From the IMG/VR virus record IMGVR_UViG_3300021140_000006: a stretch of 20,000 nt of DNA. One strand, written 5' to 3'. Shown in pieces: positions 1-7,579 of the stretch (positions are counted from its first letter, which is position 1; each line of letters starts with the position of its first letter). The DNA comes from an uncultured virus (IMG/VR IMGVR_UViG_3300021140_000006) (taxonomy: Duplodnaviria; Heunggongvirae; Uroviricota; Caudoviricetes). The notes under the pieces were generated by a model. The model was given only the letters and a program-made list of their open reading frames with translations, did not search any database and had not been told where the DNA came from. The translations under genes and the position numbers were made by a program.

Positions 1-2
1 AT

Positions 3-176
3 GATAATATTCATAGACATACTTCTTGTGTACTAATGAATATGGTAGTAAATTATTCTCCTAATAGTATATTCTCTACCTTTGATAACGGTATGCCTAC
101 TCAGATCGAAATTACCTTATCATTCAAAGAATTGGCTAAACTAGATAAACAGAAAATTATGGAAGGAGGATACTAA
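3..176 (+). CDS. gp48: Baseplate tail-tube cap (T4 gp48-like), C-terminal fragment; gene starts upstream of the window
   Basis: Frame from nt 3 is open to TAA at 174-176: DNIHRHTSCVLMNMVVNYSPNSIFSTFDNGMPTQIEITLSFKELAKLDKQKIMEGGY*. The C-x-L...V-N-Y-x-P...D/N-G-x-P...L-x-F-x-E pattern is typical of gp48 C-termini. The stop overlaps the gp53 start (TAATG). Confidence 0.75.
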   Translation, partial: DNIHRHTSCVLMNMVVNYSPNSIFSTFDNGMPTQIEITLSFKELAKLDKQKIMEGGY

Positions 177-733
177 TGTACTTCGATAACTTTGATAAGA
201 TATACTACGATTTTGAGATCAATGGTAAGACTCAGAAATCTATCATGACTAATATTATGAAGAATGTTAGAATAAGAAAAGAAGTCTTATCTAATATTAC
301 TCTTTACGACCAATACATTATTCGTGATGGTGAGTCTCCAGAATTCATTGCTGAAAAGGTATATGGCAAACCAGAATACCATTGGGCAATTATGTTAGCT
401 AACGATATGTATGACTACTTGAATGATTTTCCACTAGCAGAAAGATCAATGCCTAAAATGATATCAGACAAGTATGGAGAGGATCACGTGTATGATGTTC
501 ATCACTATCAAGCCACTATAGATGGTCAGATATTTATAGTATCTCAGGACCCAGGTGGAGTAAGTCGAAGTACTTATTCTAATATGGCCTGGAATAACGA
601 AGAACCTAATCCATATGTCGTTGCGGTATCTAATTCAGACTACGAGTACTCAGTAAACGAAAGTAAAAGGGTAATCAAGATAATTTCTCCTACAATAATT
701 GAACAAGTGGCAGCAGAATTGAGTAAATTATAA
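176..733 (+). CDS. gp53: Baseplate wedge subunit gp53-like (LysM-type)
   Basis: MYF start, YIIRDGESPEFIAEKVYGKPEYHWAIMLAN LysM-like segment, VHHY and YEYSVNESKRVIKII motifs; GGAGG SD upstream; position after gp48. Confidence 0.9.
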   Translation: MYFDNFDKIYYDFEINGKTQKSIMTNIMKNVRIRKEVLSNITLYDQYIIRDGESPEFIAEKVYGKPEYHWAIMLANDMYDYLNDFPLAERSMPKMISDKYGEDHVYDVHHYQATIDGQIFIVSQDPGGVSRSTYSNMAWNNEEPNPYVVAVSNSDYEYSVNESKRVIKIISPTIIEQVAAELSKL

Positions 734-2007
734 TGTCAGAAATTACTACAGATTTACAATATGCTGGCGATGTTAATATCGAATTCATAGAGATTATATC
801 ATCAAAACTCAACTCATTGAATATAAGAAACCAAGTCGTATCACTTAACATATATGAAGATATATTTTCACCATTTATTACTGGTACTATAGTAGTTAAG
901 GATGCTCTCGATCTTGTTAACTTCTTTCCGTTGGTAGGTGATGAAACTATAAAGATAAAACTATCGACTCCAGGATTTACTGATAAGAAAGGTATCATTG
1001 ATTTAAACTGTAAAATCTATAAAATGTCTAATCGAGAAATGATTGGTAATCGTGTAGTTGGGTACATGCTTCATTTCATTTCATCTGAAGCCATCATGGA
1101 TCTGAACTTGAAATTGAGTAAAGCATATACTGGTAATATTAGTGATATTGTAGCATCTATTCTTACTGAATGTAGTATAAGTGATCCAGAAAGATTCCAT
1201 ATAGAACCAACAATCAATGCAGTAACTTATGTTTCTAATTATTGGTCTCCCGTCAAGAATCTAAATTATCTTGCTGAACATGCTATTAGTAATCACAACT
1301 CACCAACATTCTTGTTCTTTGAGAATCGAAATGGACTGAACTTTGTTTCATTAGGAGAACTTTATACCTATCCGGTAGTAAGAAACTTCATCTGTAATGA
1401 TTATTCAAGAGACTATATTCCTGCTTCTAATGGTTCGATAAGAAATATTGAGAAGGATTTCAGTCAGGTTATTGATGTCAATATTCCAGTAGCATTTGAT
1501 TACATAGATAGAATTACTAATGGAGCATTTGCTTCTACTTTGATTACTCATGATATTACAACCAAGACTTACAATTATGCCGGGTTCGATTTCCTAAAAG
1601 ATTATGAGGATGACAAGAGGCTTAACAAGTATCCATTGATTAGCAAGAATATCCTACATTCTCCTGCTGCAGCAATTGCTACTATTCACAAAGCTAATGG
1701 AGTACTTCCTGGTAATAATGATATTACGAATTCTAAGATATTCCAGAAGAGAAGATCATTGTTGACTTTGGCCGATAGTGCTAAGATTGAAATTACTGTA
1801 TTGGGTAGAACTGATTATACTGTTGGCCAAAAGATTAACGTATACTTCAATCAAATAAAACCTATCGATAAAGAAGACAAAGATATTGACGACTTGGTAT
1901 TTTCTGGTGACTATATTATTTCTTCTATTAAGCACTTTATTGATAGAACATCTCACAAGTGCATTTTCGAGCTCATTAAAGACTCGACGATGTGTCAGAC
2001 AACATAA
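733..2007 (+). CDS. Baseplate hub protein (gp27-like / phage tail hub)
   Basis: IYEDIFSPFITGTIVVKD, PLVGDE, FLFFENRNGLNFVSL and C-terminal GRTDYTVGQKI...SGDYIISSIKH...ELIKDS motifs typical of T4-like hub proteins; lies between gp53 and gp5; TAATG-coupled to gp53. Confidence 0.75.
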   Translation: MSEITTDLQYAGDVNIEFIEIISSKLNSLNIRNQVVSLNIYEDIFSPFITGTIVVKDALDLVNFFPLVGDETIKIKLSTPGFTDKKGIIDLNCKIYKMSNREMIGNRVVGYMLHFISSEAIMDLNLKLSKAYTGNISDIVASILTECSISDPERFHIEPTINAVTYVSNYWSPVKNLNYLAEHAISNHNSPTFLFFENRNGLNFVSLGELYTYPVVRNFICNDYSRDYIPASNGSIRNIEKDFSQVIDVNIPVAFDYIDRITNGAFASTLITHDITTKTYNYAGFDFLKDYEDDKRLNKYPLISKNILHSPAAAIATIHKANGVLPGNNDITNSKIFQKRRSLLTLADSAKIEITVLGRTDYTVGQKINVYFNQIKPIDKEDKDIDDLVFSGDYIISSIKHFIDRTSHKCIFELIKDSTMCQTT

Positions 2008-2019
2008 TATGCCAACTTT

Positions 2020-2027
2020 TATAAATA
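2020..2027 (+). promoter_or_regulatory. T4-type late promoter TATAAATA
   Basis: Exact T4 gp55 late-promoter consensus in the intergenic region about 80 nt upstream of the endonuclease ATG. Confidence 0.7.
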
Positions 2028-2042
2028 CATATAGTACAAAAA

Positions 2043-2073
2043 GCTACTCGCGATGTTACAAGCATCCAGTAGC
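2043..2073 (+). promoter_or_regulatory. Leader RNA hairpin upstream of the homing endonuclease
   Basis: GCTACT (2043-2048) pairs with AGTAGC (2068-2073); inner GATGTT/AGCATC stem with an ACA loop; GC-rich relative to flanks; no U-tract. Confidence 0.55.
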
Positions 2074-2108
2074 ACTAATCATTCTTCAAGACAATTATAG
2101 GAATTATC

Positions 2109-2891
2109 ATGACCAGCCAAACTATATATCAGCCAATCGTACCAACTTATCTCTATATCAAACAACATTCTATTACAGGAATGAAATATTTTGGCAAAAC
2201 TTCAAAAGTCGATCCGTACAAATATAACGGATCCGGCAAATATTGGAAAAGACATATAAAGAAATATGGCAAAGAATATATTGAAACTTTATGGATATCG
2301 GAACCATATTTCAATACATCAATATCTGAATTTGCACTTAATTTTTCTATTGAATATAATATAATAGAATCTAAAGAATGGGCAAATCTAAAACTAGAAA
2401 ATGGATTAGATGGCGGATCATTTGGACCTCTTTCTGAAGAAACTAAAGCAAAAATATCAATGGTAAAGAAAGGAAAGAAACAGCCAAATGTATCTAAAGC
2501 AAAGAAAGGAAAGAAAACTGGTCCATGTACAGAAGAACGCAAAGTAAATATATCTAATGCACTAAAAGGTATTCCTAAACCAGAAGGATTTGGTGCTAAA
2601 ATTTCTGTTGCTCTTATGGGTAAAATACAATCTATTGAATCTAATGCTAAAAGATCTGCTACAATGACTGGTAAGAAAAGAAGTCCTCACTTAGAAGAAA
2701 CTAAAAATAAAATATCTGCTTCAAAGAAAGGTATTTCTAATGGACCTCGGTCAGAAGAATCAAAAGCAAAACAATCTGCTTCTACTAAAGGAATTCTTAA
2801 AATCAAATTCTTATCTATAATTGAGACTAAAAAGACATATGATAAACCTAATTTATCCAAATACTATCCAGAGTTTAAAATGTATTACTAG
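2109..2891 (+). mobile_element. Free-standing GIY-YIG (Seg-like) homing endonuclease with NUMOD3-like DNA-binding repeats
   Basis: YLYIKQHSITGMKYFGKT...YNGSGKYWKRHIKKYG GIY-YIG variant, WANLKLENGLDGG, then about six S/T-EE-x-K-x-K-IS-type repeats (approx. 2427-2792). AGGA SD at 2099-2102. A-rich composition differs from the neighbouring structural genes. Confidence 0.85.
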
Positions 2892-2933
2892 TTTGATAGT
2901 TGTAGATTCTACTAATGTTATTATGGAGGCTAA

Positions 2934-3623
2934 ATGAGCCAAGTTTTTTATACTGGATGTGTTGAATCGAGAGCAGATCCACTTATGCTAGGCAGATGCC
3001 AAGTAAGAATTGTTGGATTGCATACTCATGATAAGGTATTGTTGCCAACAAAAGATTTACCATGGGCTCATCCTATGGGACCAATTACTAGTGCGTCGAT
3101 GAATGGTATTGGTTGGTCACCTACTGGAGTAGTTCAAGGTACTTGGGTTATTATTATATTCCTGGATGAATATCAACAGCAACCAATTATGCTTGGTACT
3201 ATTGGTGGTATTCCAATGACTCAATCTGCTGCATTAATTGCTGAAGTTACTAATGGTGTTGTATCGACCGACGAAGATGGTGATCTTATTAGTTCTACTG
3301 GAGATATCGTTACTGATTTAGTATCTCAGATTGCTGACGAAATCAATGCTGATTCGGGTACTGAACAGAAACGAGGTGACAAATACCAAATAAAAGCTGT
3401 TACAGTTCAGACATCTAATGGTCCTGTTACTACTTATAATATTGTTAATATGGAAGATAGTACGATTATTGGCACTGCACTCATAAACGAATACACCAAT
3501 CTATATGAAGTCACTTTACTGAATCAAGAAAAATATACAGTAGAACAATATACTCCATTTGCATTACCGAAAGAATTTGATACTATAGATTCAATTTCTT
3601 CTTATTTCGAAACTAATTTTTAG
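2934..3623 (+). CDS. gp5: Baseplate central spike gp5, N-terminal OB-fold part, with an acidic C-terminal extension
   Basis: FYTGCVESRADPLMLGRCQVRIVGLHT...DLPWA...GIGWSPTG...GTWV...FLD...QQPIMLGTI is the Gp5 OB-fold signature; GGAGG SD; ends at TAG 3621-3623. Confidence 0.9.
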   Translation: MSQVFYTGCVESRADPLMLGRCQVRIVGLHTHDKVLLPTKDLPWAHPMGPITSASMNGIGWSPTGVVQGTWVIIIFLDEYQQQPIMLGTIGGIPMTQSAALIAEVTNGVVSTDEDGDLISSTGDIVTDLVSQIADEINADSGTEQKRGDKYQIKAVTVQTSNGPVTTYNIVNMEDSTIIGTALINEYTNLYEVTLLNQEKYTVEQYTPFALPKEFDTIDSISSYFETNF

Positions 3624-3631
3624 GATACATT

Positions 3632-6520
3632 ATGGCAGATCCAATAGTAGATGCACCTATACCAGATACTCCGCCACCTGAAGCAAAACTGACTGGACAC
3701 AAAGCCAAGATTGCTATGAAAGGTATTAAGGCAATCAAAGAACAAATGATTGCTGGAGGATTTACTTCAAAATATGCTCAATGTGCTATGTTGGCTATTG
3801 CTGGCGGTGAATCGTCTTGGCAATGTATTGGGGAATTCTGGCCACATAGTAAACAAAAACTACTAAGTGGTACGTTTAGTAATGTATCTGAAGCAGATGC
3901 AGAAAAATACAGTAAATTTAGCAAGAAGAATGGAAATACTGCTGTAGAATATTTTGGTTGGTTGTATGGTACTAGAAAACATAAACCAGCATCTGAAGGT
4001 AATTACTATGGTCGAGGTTATATCCAACTGACTTTTTCAGATGCTTATAAAGCAATGTCAAAAAGGATAAATGATCCAACAATAGATTTATATGCAAATC
4101 CAGAATTACTTGAAGGTGAAAGTGATGAGGCAATTCTTACAAATGCAAAGTATGTTGTAGCATTTTTGAAATGGAAACTAAAGGATTGGAAAACTGTACA
4201 ACACAATCCTGGATTTATGGATATTGCATTAAGTGCAGTTGGCGGTGATGATAAAAGATGGCCATTAAAGAGAAGATATAATGAATACTTTTTAGGTGGT
4301 AAACCTGCTCCTGCTCCGGCATCAGATAAAGATCCAGCTACATCTACTATTCAGAAGACTCCTAAAGAAATTGCTACTGCTCCTCCTCATAAGAAAGAAG
4401 CGTACACTGAATCAAGAGAAGAGAATTTTGATAAGAATGGTTTTACCGATCCAGAAGGTAAGTATCCTTTAAGGGATTACATGAATGAGCCAGATACCAA
4501 TCGTCTTGCTCGTGGAATTCTTAAAGGTACAAATGTAGAATATAAAGACCAGACTAGACATAAATCAATACCAACTCCTAATGGAGGAAGTTACGAACAA
4601 CCTAGAGCAGGATTTAGTTCTGTCTATCCATACAATAAAGTGTTTGAATCTGAAAGTGGTCATGTTCTTGAATTTGATGATAGTCCTGCTGGTGAGCGAG
4701 TAAACTTGTATCATAAGAAAGGTACATTCATTGAAATTGATGCTAATGGTACTCAAGTCAATCATATTATTGGCGATGGGTATTATATCGTAGAACATAA
4801 TGGTAACATATTTGTTAATGGATGTTGTAATATTACAATCAATGGTAATACCAATCTGTTATGTGGCGGAGATGCTACCGTTGAAGTAAATGGTACTAGT
4901 GATATTATTCTTCATAATGATGCTAATATTGGTGTTGCTAAAGACTTGAATATTGCTGTCGGTGGTGACATGAATGTTCTTGTTGAAGGTAACTATAATC
5001 TTGAAGTTGGTAAGACATTCAATACTCGTACTGTTGGTACAATGTCTCTCGAATCCAATGATGCATTGAAATTGAAAACTCAAAAGAATATCAGTATGGA
5101 AGGTGGAGATACTCAATCTACCGCTGAAACTCTTATGAAACTTTCAGGCGATATTAAAATAGAAACAGATGGTGCTTACCAAATTAAATCCAAATCATTC
5201 AAGTTAGATATTGCAGAAGCAATTGAAATCAAATCTAAAACATTACAATCGGATACTAGTGAAACACTTACACTTAATGCTACAGGCAATCTTGTTGGAA
5301 AGGGTAAGAAAATTAGTCTAAATGGTAGCGAATCACCAACAGCAATAAAAGCACTTGATAAACTTGGAGAGAAAAAGAAACCAGTTGATTTCAAAGGTGA
5401 AGAAATTAAAGACAGAGATGAAGAACATGTCTTGGTAGACACAACACTGAATCCAGCTGGAAACTATAATCCAAATACATTAAACGATTCATTAGTAGAT
5501 TCTATTCTTAATAACTTGCCTTTATCAGATACACTTAAAGGGATGTTAGGTAGTTCTAAACCAGACATATATGATAAAAAATATGCCGATGCTCCAGTTG
5601 AAAATAAAACATCATTGCAAGCTGCTGGTTCTACTAGAAATAGATTGGTACCACCTCCAATAGCAATCTCCAACAGTGCAATCATTGATAATTTACCATC
5701 GCCAGATAGAATATCAGAAATGAGATATGATACTGAAGAAGATGCTTCTAGCGTAAAAGGTGCTAAAGCAATTGCTGCTCAAAATAATACAGAAGAAGCA
5801 AAGGATGAATTGTCAAATAGACAACCTTCAGTTAATACAATCAATAATGATAGTGGGGCAAGAGAAGATGCACCCGCATTGTCAGGTGGTTCGGATTCAT
5901 CAAAAGGATTATCTTCTGATAAGAAAGCTGAAATTGATTCTAAAACTGATTTCCCAATGAGTTACCAACTATCCAAACACTTTACTCTTGGAATGCTCAT
6001 TAAGGATAAGAATGTGCTACGAGATCAGGCACTGCCTGGTGGTAAAAGTGAAAAAGCTGGAACACCTACTCGCATGTACACTAAACAAGAATTGGTTGCT
6101 AATTTGGCAGCATTATGTGAAAATGTCCTTGAACCAATATACGATCTATTAGGACCCTGTACTGATATGAGTAGTAATGGCACTTGGAAAATAAATTCCG
6201 GTTTGCGTAATCCTGGTAATGTTCCAGGTTCGGGTGATGGTTCAGATCATAACAAAGGTCGTGCATGTGATTTCCAATTGCATCCAAAACGATCTATTAC
6301 AGAAATGTATACTTTGGTGATGAAACTAGAAAAAATATTACCTTATAATCAATTGATATTTGAATATCAAAATGCTGGTGCTTCTAATTGGATTCATGTT
6401 TCATATTCAACCCAAGGTAATCAGAAACGTGCATTTACTATGATTAATAATACTCCAGTAACATCATCTGGTAAACCAGGAACTCAAGTAGGTTTATTTA
6501 AGTTCTTTGCAAAGGATTAA
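3632..6520 (+). CDS. gp5: Baseplate central spike gp5, C-terminal part: GH19-like lysozyme, gp5 beta-helix, linker, peptidase M15
   Basis: GES...E and YYGRGYIQLT...DLYANPELL (GH19-like); GFTDPEGKYP...EPDTNRLARG, YPYNKVFESESGHVLEFDDSPAGERV and VxGx repeats (gp5 spike); LSKHFTLG...NVLEP...INSGLR...SDHNKGRACD...QLIFEY...WIHVSY (M15 Zn peptidase). AGGA SD 6 nt upstream. Confidence 0.88.
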   Translation: MADPIVDAPIPDTPPPEAKLTGHKAKIAMKGIKAIKEQMIAGGFTSKYAQCAMLAIAGGESSWQCIGEFWPHSKQKLLSGTFSNVSEADAEKYSKFSKKNGNTAVEYFGWLYGTRKHKPASEGNYYGRGYIQLTFSDAYKAMSKRINDPTIDLYANPELLEGESDEAILTNAKYVVAFLKWKLKDWKTVQHNPGFMDIALSAVGGDDKRWPLKRRYNEYFLGGKPAPAPASDKDPATSTIQKTPKEIATAPPHKKEAYTESREENFDKNGFTDPEGKYPLRDYMNEPDTNRLARGILKGTNVEYKDQTRHKSIPTPNGGSYEQPRAGFSSVYPYNKVFESESGHVLEFDDSPAGERVNLYHKKGTFIEIDANGTQVNHIIGDGYYIVEHNGNIFVNGCCNITINGNTNLLCGGDATVEVNGTSDIILHNDANIGVAKDLNIAVGGDMNVLVEGNYNLEVGKTFNTRTVGTMSLESNDALKLKTQKNISMEGGDTQSTAETLMKLSGDIKIETDGAYQIKSKSFKLDIAEAIEIKSKTLQSDTSETLTLNATGNLVGKGKKISLNGSESPTAIKALDKLGEKKKPVDFKGEEIKDRDEEHVLVDTTLNPAGNYNPNTLNDSLVDSILNNLPLSDTLKGMLGSSKPDIYDKKYADAPVENKTSLQAAGSTRNRLVPPPIAISNSAIIDNLPSPDRISEMRYDTEEDASSVKGAKAIAAQNNTEEAKDELSNRQPSVNTINNDSGAREDAPALSGGSDSSKGLSSDKKAEIDSKTDFPMSYQLSKHFTLGMLIKDKNVLRDQALPGGKSEKAGTPTRMYTKQELVANLAALCENVLEPIYDLLGPCTDMSSNGTWKINSGLRNPGNVPGSGDGSDHNKGRACDFQLHPKRSITEMYTLVMKLEKILPYNQLIFEYQNAGASNWIHVSYSTQGNQKRAFTMINNTPVTSSGKPGTQVGLFKFFAKD

Positions 6521-6532
6521 TTAACAAATGTA

Positions 6533-6583
6533 TTGATAAAACCCATTAGATATATTATATACGATTCTAATGGGTCTTGTCAA
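6533..6583. repeat. 18-bp inverted repeat (16/18 match) with a 15-nt AT-rich spacer
   Basis: TTGATAAAACCCATTAGA (6533-6550) versus TCTAATGGGTCTTGTCAA (6566-6583); extendable by AATG (6527-6530)/CATT (6584-6587). Confidence 0.9.
6554..6583 (-). promoter_or_regulatory. Consensus sigma70-type promoter, antisense to gp5
   Basis: Minus strand reads TTGACA (6583-6578), 18 nt, TATAAT (6559-6554). Confidence 0.6.
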
Positions 6584-6601
6584 CATTATTAAGGAAATAA
6601 T

Positions 6602-6910
6602 ATGGCAAGTAAAGGCGTAGCACGAGGTTCAGGAAAGGATACTGTATCAACTGGTCATCAATGTGATGCTACAACTACCACTGACGTATGTTCTTCATCG
6701 GTGTTTGTTAATGGTAAAGGTGTTTGTAGATTAGGTGACGCAATTACAATTCACAATCATAAAGTTGGCAACAGTTGTGTTCCTCATACTGCTAAAATAA
6801 CTGGAAGTTCTTCTACTGTGTTTGTCGATGGAATTGCTATAGCTAGAGACACCGACAGTGCTGATGCAGGTTCTATATCATCAGGCTCAACAGACGTTTA
6901 CTCAGGATAA
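6602..6910 (+). CDS. gp5.4: PAAR spike-tip protein (T4 gp5.4-like)
   Basis: 102 aa; VARG...D...GH, SSSVFVNGKGVCRLGD, PH, GSSSTVFVDGIAIARDTD, ISSGSTDV PAAR-like repeats with His/Cys candidates for metal binding; lies between gp5 and gp25. Confidence 0.9.
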   Translation: MASKGVARGSGKDTVSTGHQCDATTTTDVCSSSVFVNGKGVCRLGDAITIHNHKVGNSCVPHTAKITGSSSTVFVDGIAIARDTDSADAGSISSGSTDVYSG

Positions 6911-6914
6911 TTAA

Positions 6915-7562
6915 ATGAAAAAAACAAGAACATTCTCAGACATAGATTTAAACTTCACACCAGTACCATCTGCTTACGACAGATACGATGTTCCCGTTGA
7001 TAATACTGGATCGGTAATCATTACTGGAGTTAAGGAATCTCCTATCATTGTTGGAGAATCCACTTTATTCCAATACATGATTAAACCAAATGATAATCTA
7101 TATGTGGATAGTATTTTCATAGGTAAAATTAAATCTATCGAATCCAATACTCAACTAACTTTATTCAATAACTGTATAACACAATTTCAGATTGATACTT
7201 CTTCTGGACACACATTCAAGTATTCTACTCCAGGTGACATTGCTGTACGATTTGATGAGAATGCTATAAAGGCATCAATCAAACATCTTATTCTTACTAT
7301 GAATCATGAGAGGCCGTTTAATAGTAAGATTGGTTCTCAGGCAAGAGCCATGATGTTTGAACTTGCTACTCCCATGAGTGGTATAATGTTAAAACAGTCT
7401 ATAATTAATACGATTACTGCATTTGAGCCAAGAGTCGTTCTATTAGAGGTGGTCGTTAATTTCCAACCCGAATCATACAACGTCAATGTTAGCATCTATT
7501 TTCAAGTAATAAATACAACAGAACCATTACAAATCGATCTAGTTCTTACTCGAACCAGATAA
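6915..7562 (+). CDS. gp25: Baseplate wedge subunit gp25 with an internal insertion of about 87 aa
   Basis: FSDIDLNF at the N-terminus; GDI...DENAIKASIKHLILTMNHERPF...IGS...FE...FEPRV and terminal LTRTR are gp25 signatures. Confidence 0.88.
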   Translation: MKKTRTFSDIDLNFTPVPSAYDRYDVPVDNTGSVIITGVKESPIIVGESTLFQYMIKPNDNLYVDSIFIGKIKSIESNTQLTLFNNCITQFQIDTSSGHTFKYSTPGDIAVRFDENAIKASIKHLILTMNHERPFNSKIGSQARAMMFELATPMSGIMLKQSIINTITAFEPRVVLLEVVVNFQPESYNVNVSIYFQVINTTEPLQIDLVLTRTR

Positions 7563-7579
7563 CAGCATAAGGATATGAC

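Noticed and set aside
1886..2227. 113-aa + strand ORF bridging the hub and the endonuclease
   Set aside because: It overlaps two well-supported genes in another frame and runs across the promoter/hairpin leader; no recognisable motifs.
2008..2933. Group I intron housing the GIY-YIG endonuclease
   Set aside because: The flanking hub and gp5 genes appear complete with their own stop and start, and the non-coding flanks (about 100 and 40 nt) are too short for a ribozyme core.
2889..3623. TAG stop-codon reassignment (alternative genetic code)
   Set aside because: The long ORFs have no internal TAG or TGA. Reading through the two TAG stops gives only short extensions and does not join the gp5 halves, which are in different frames.
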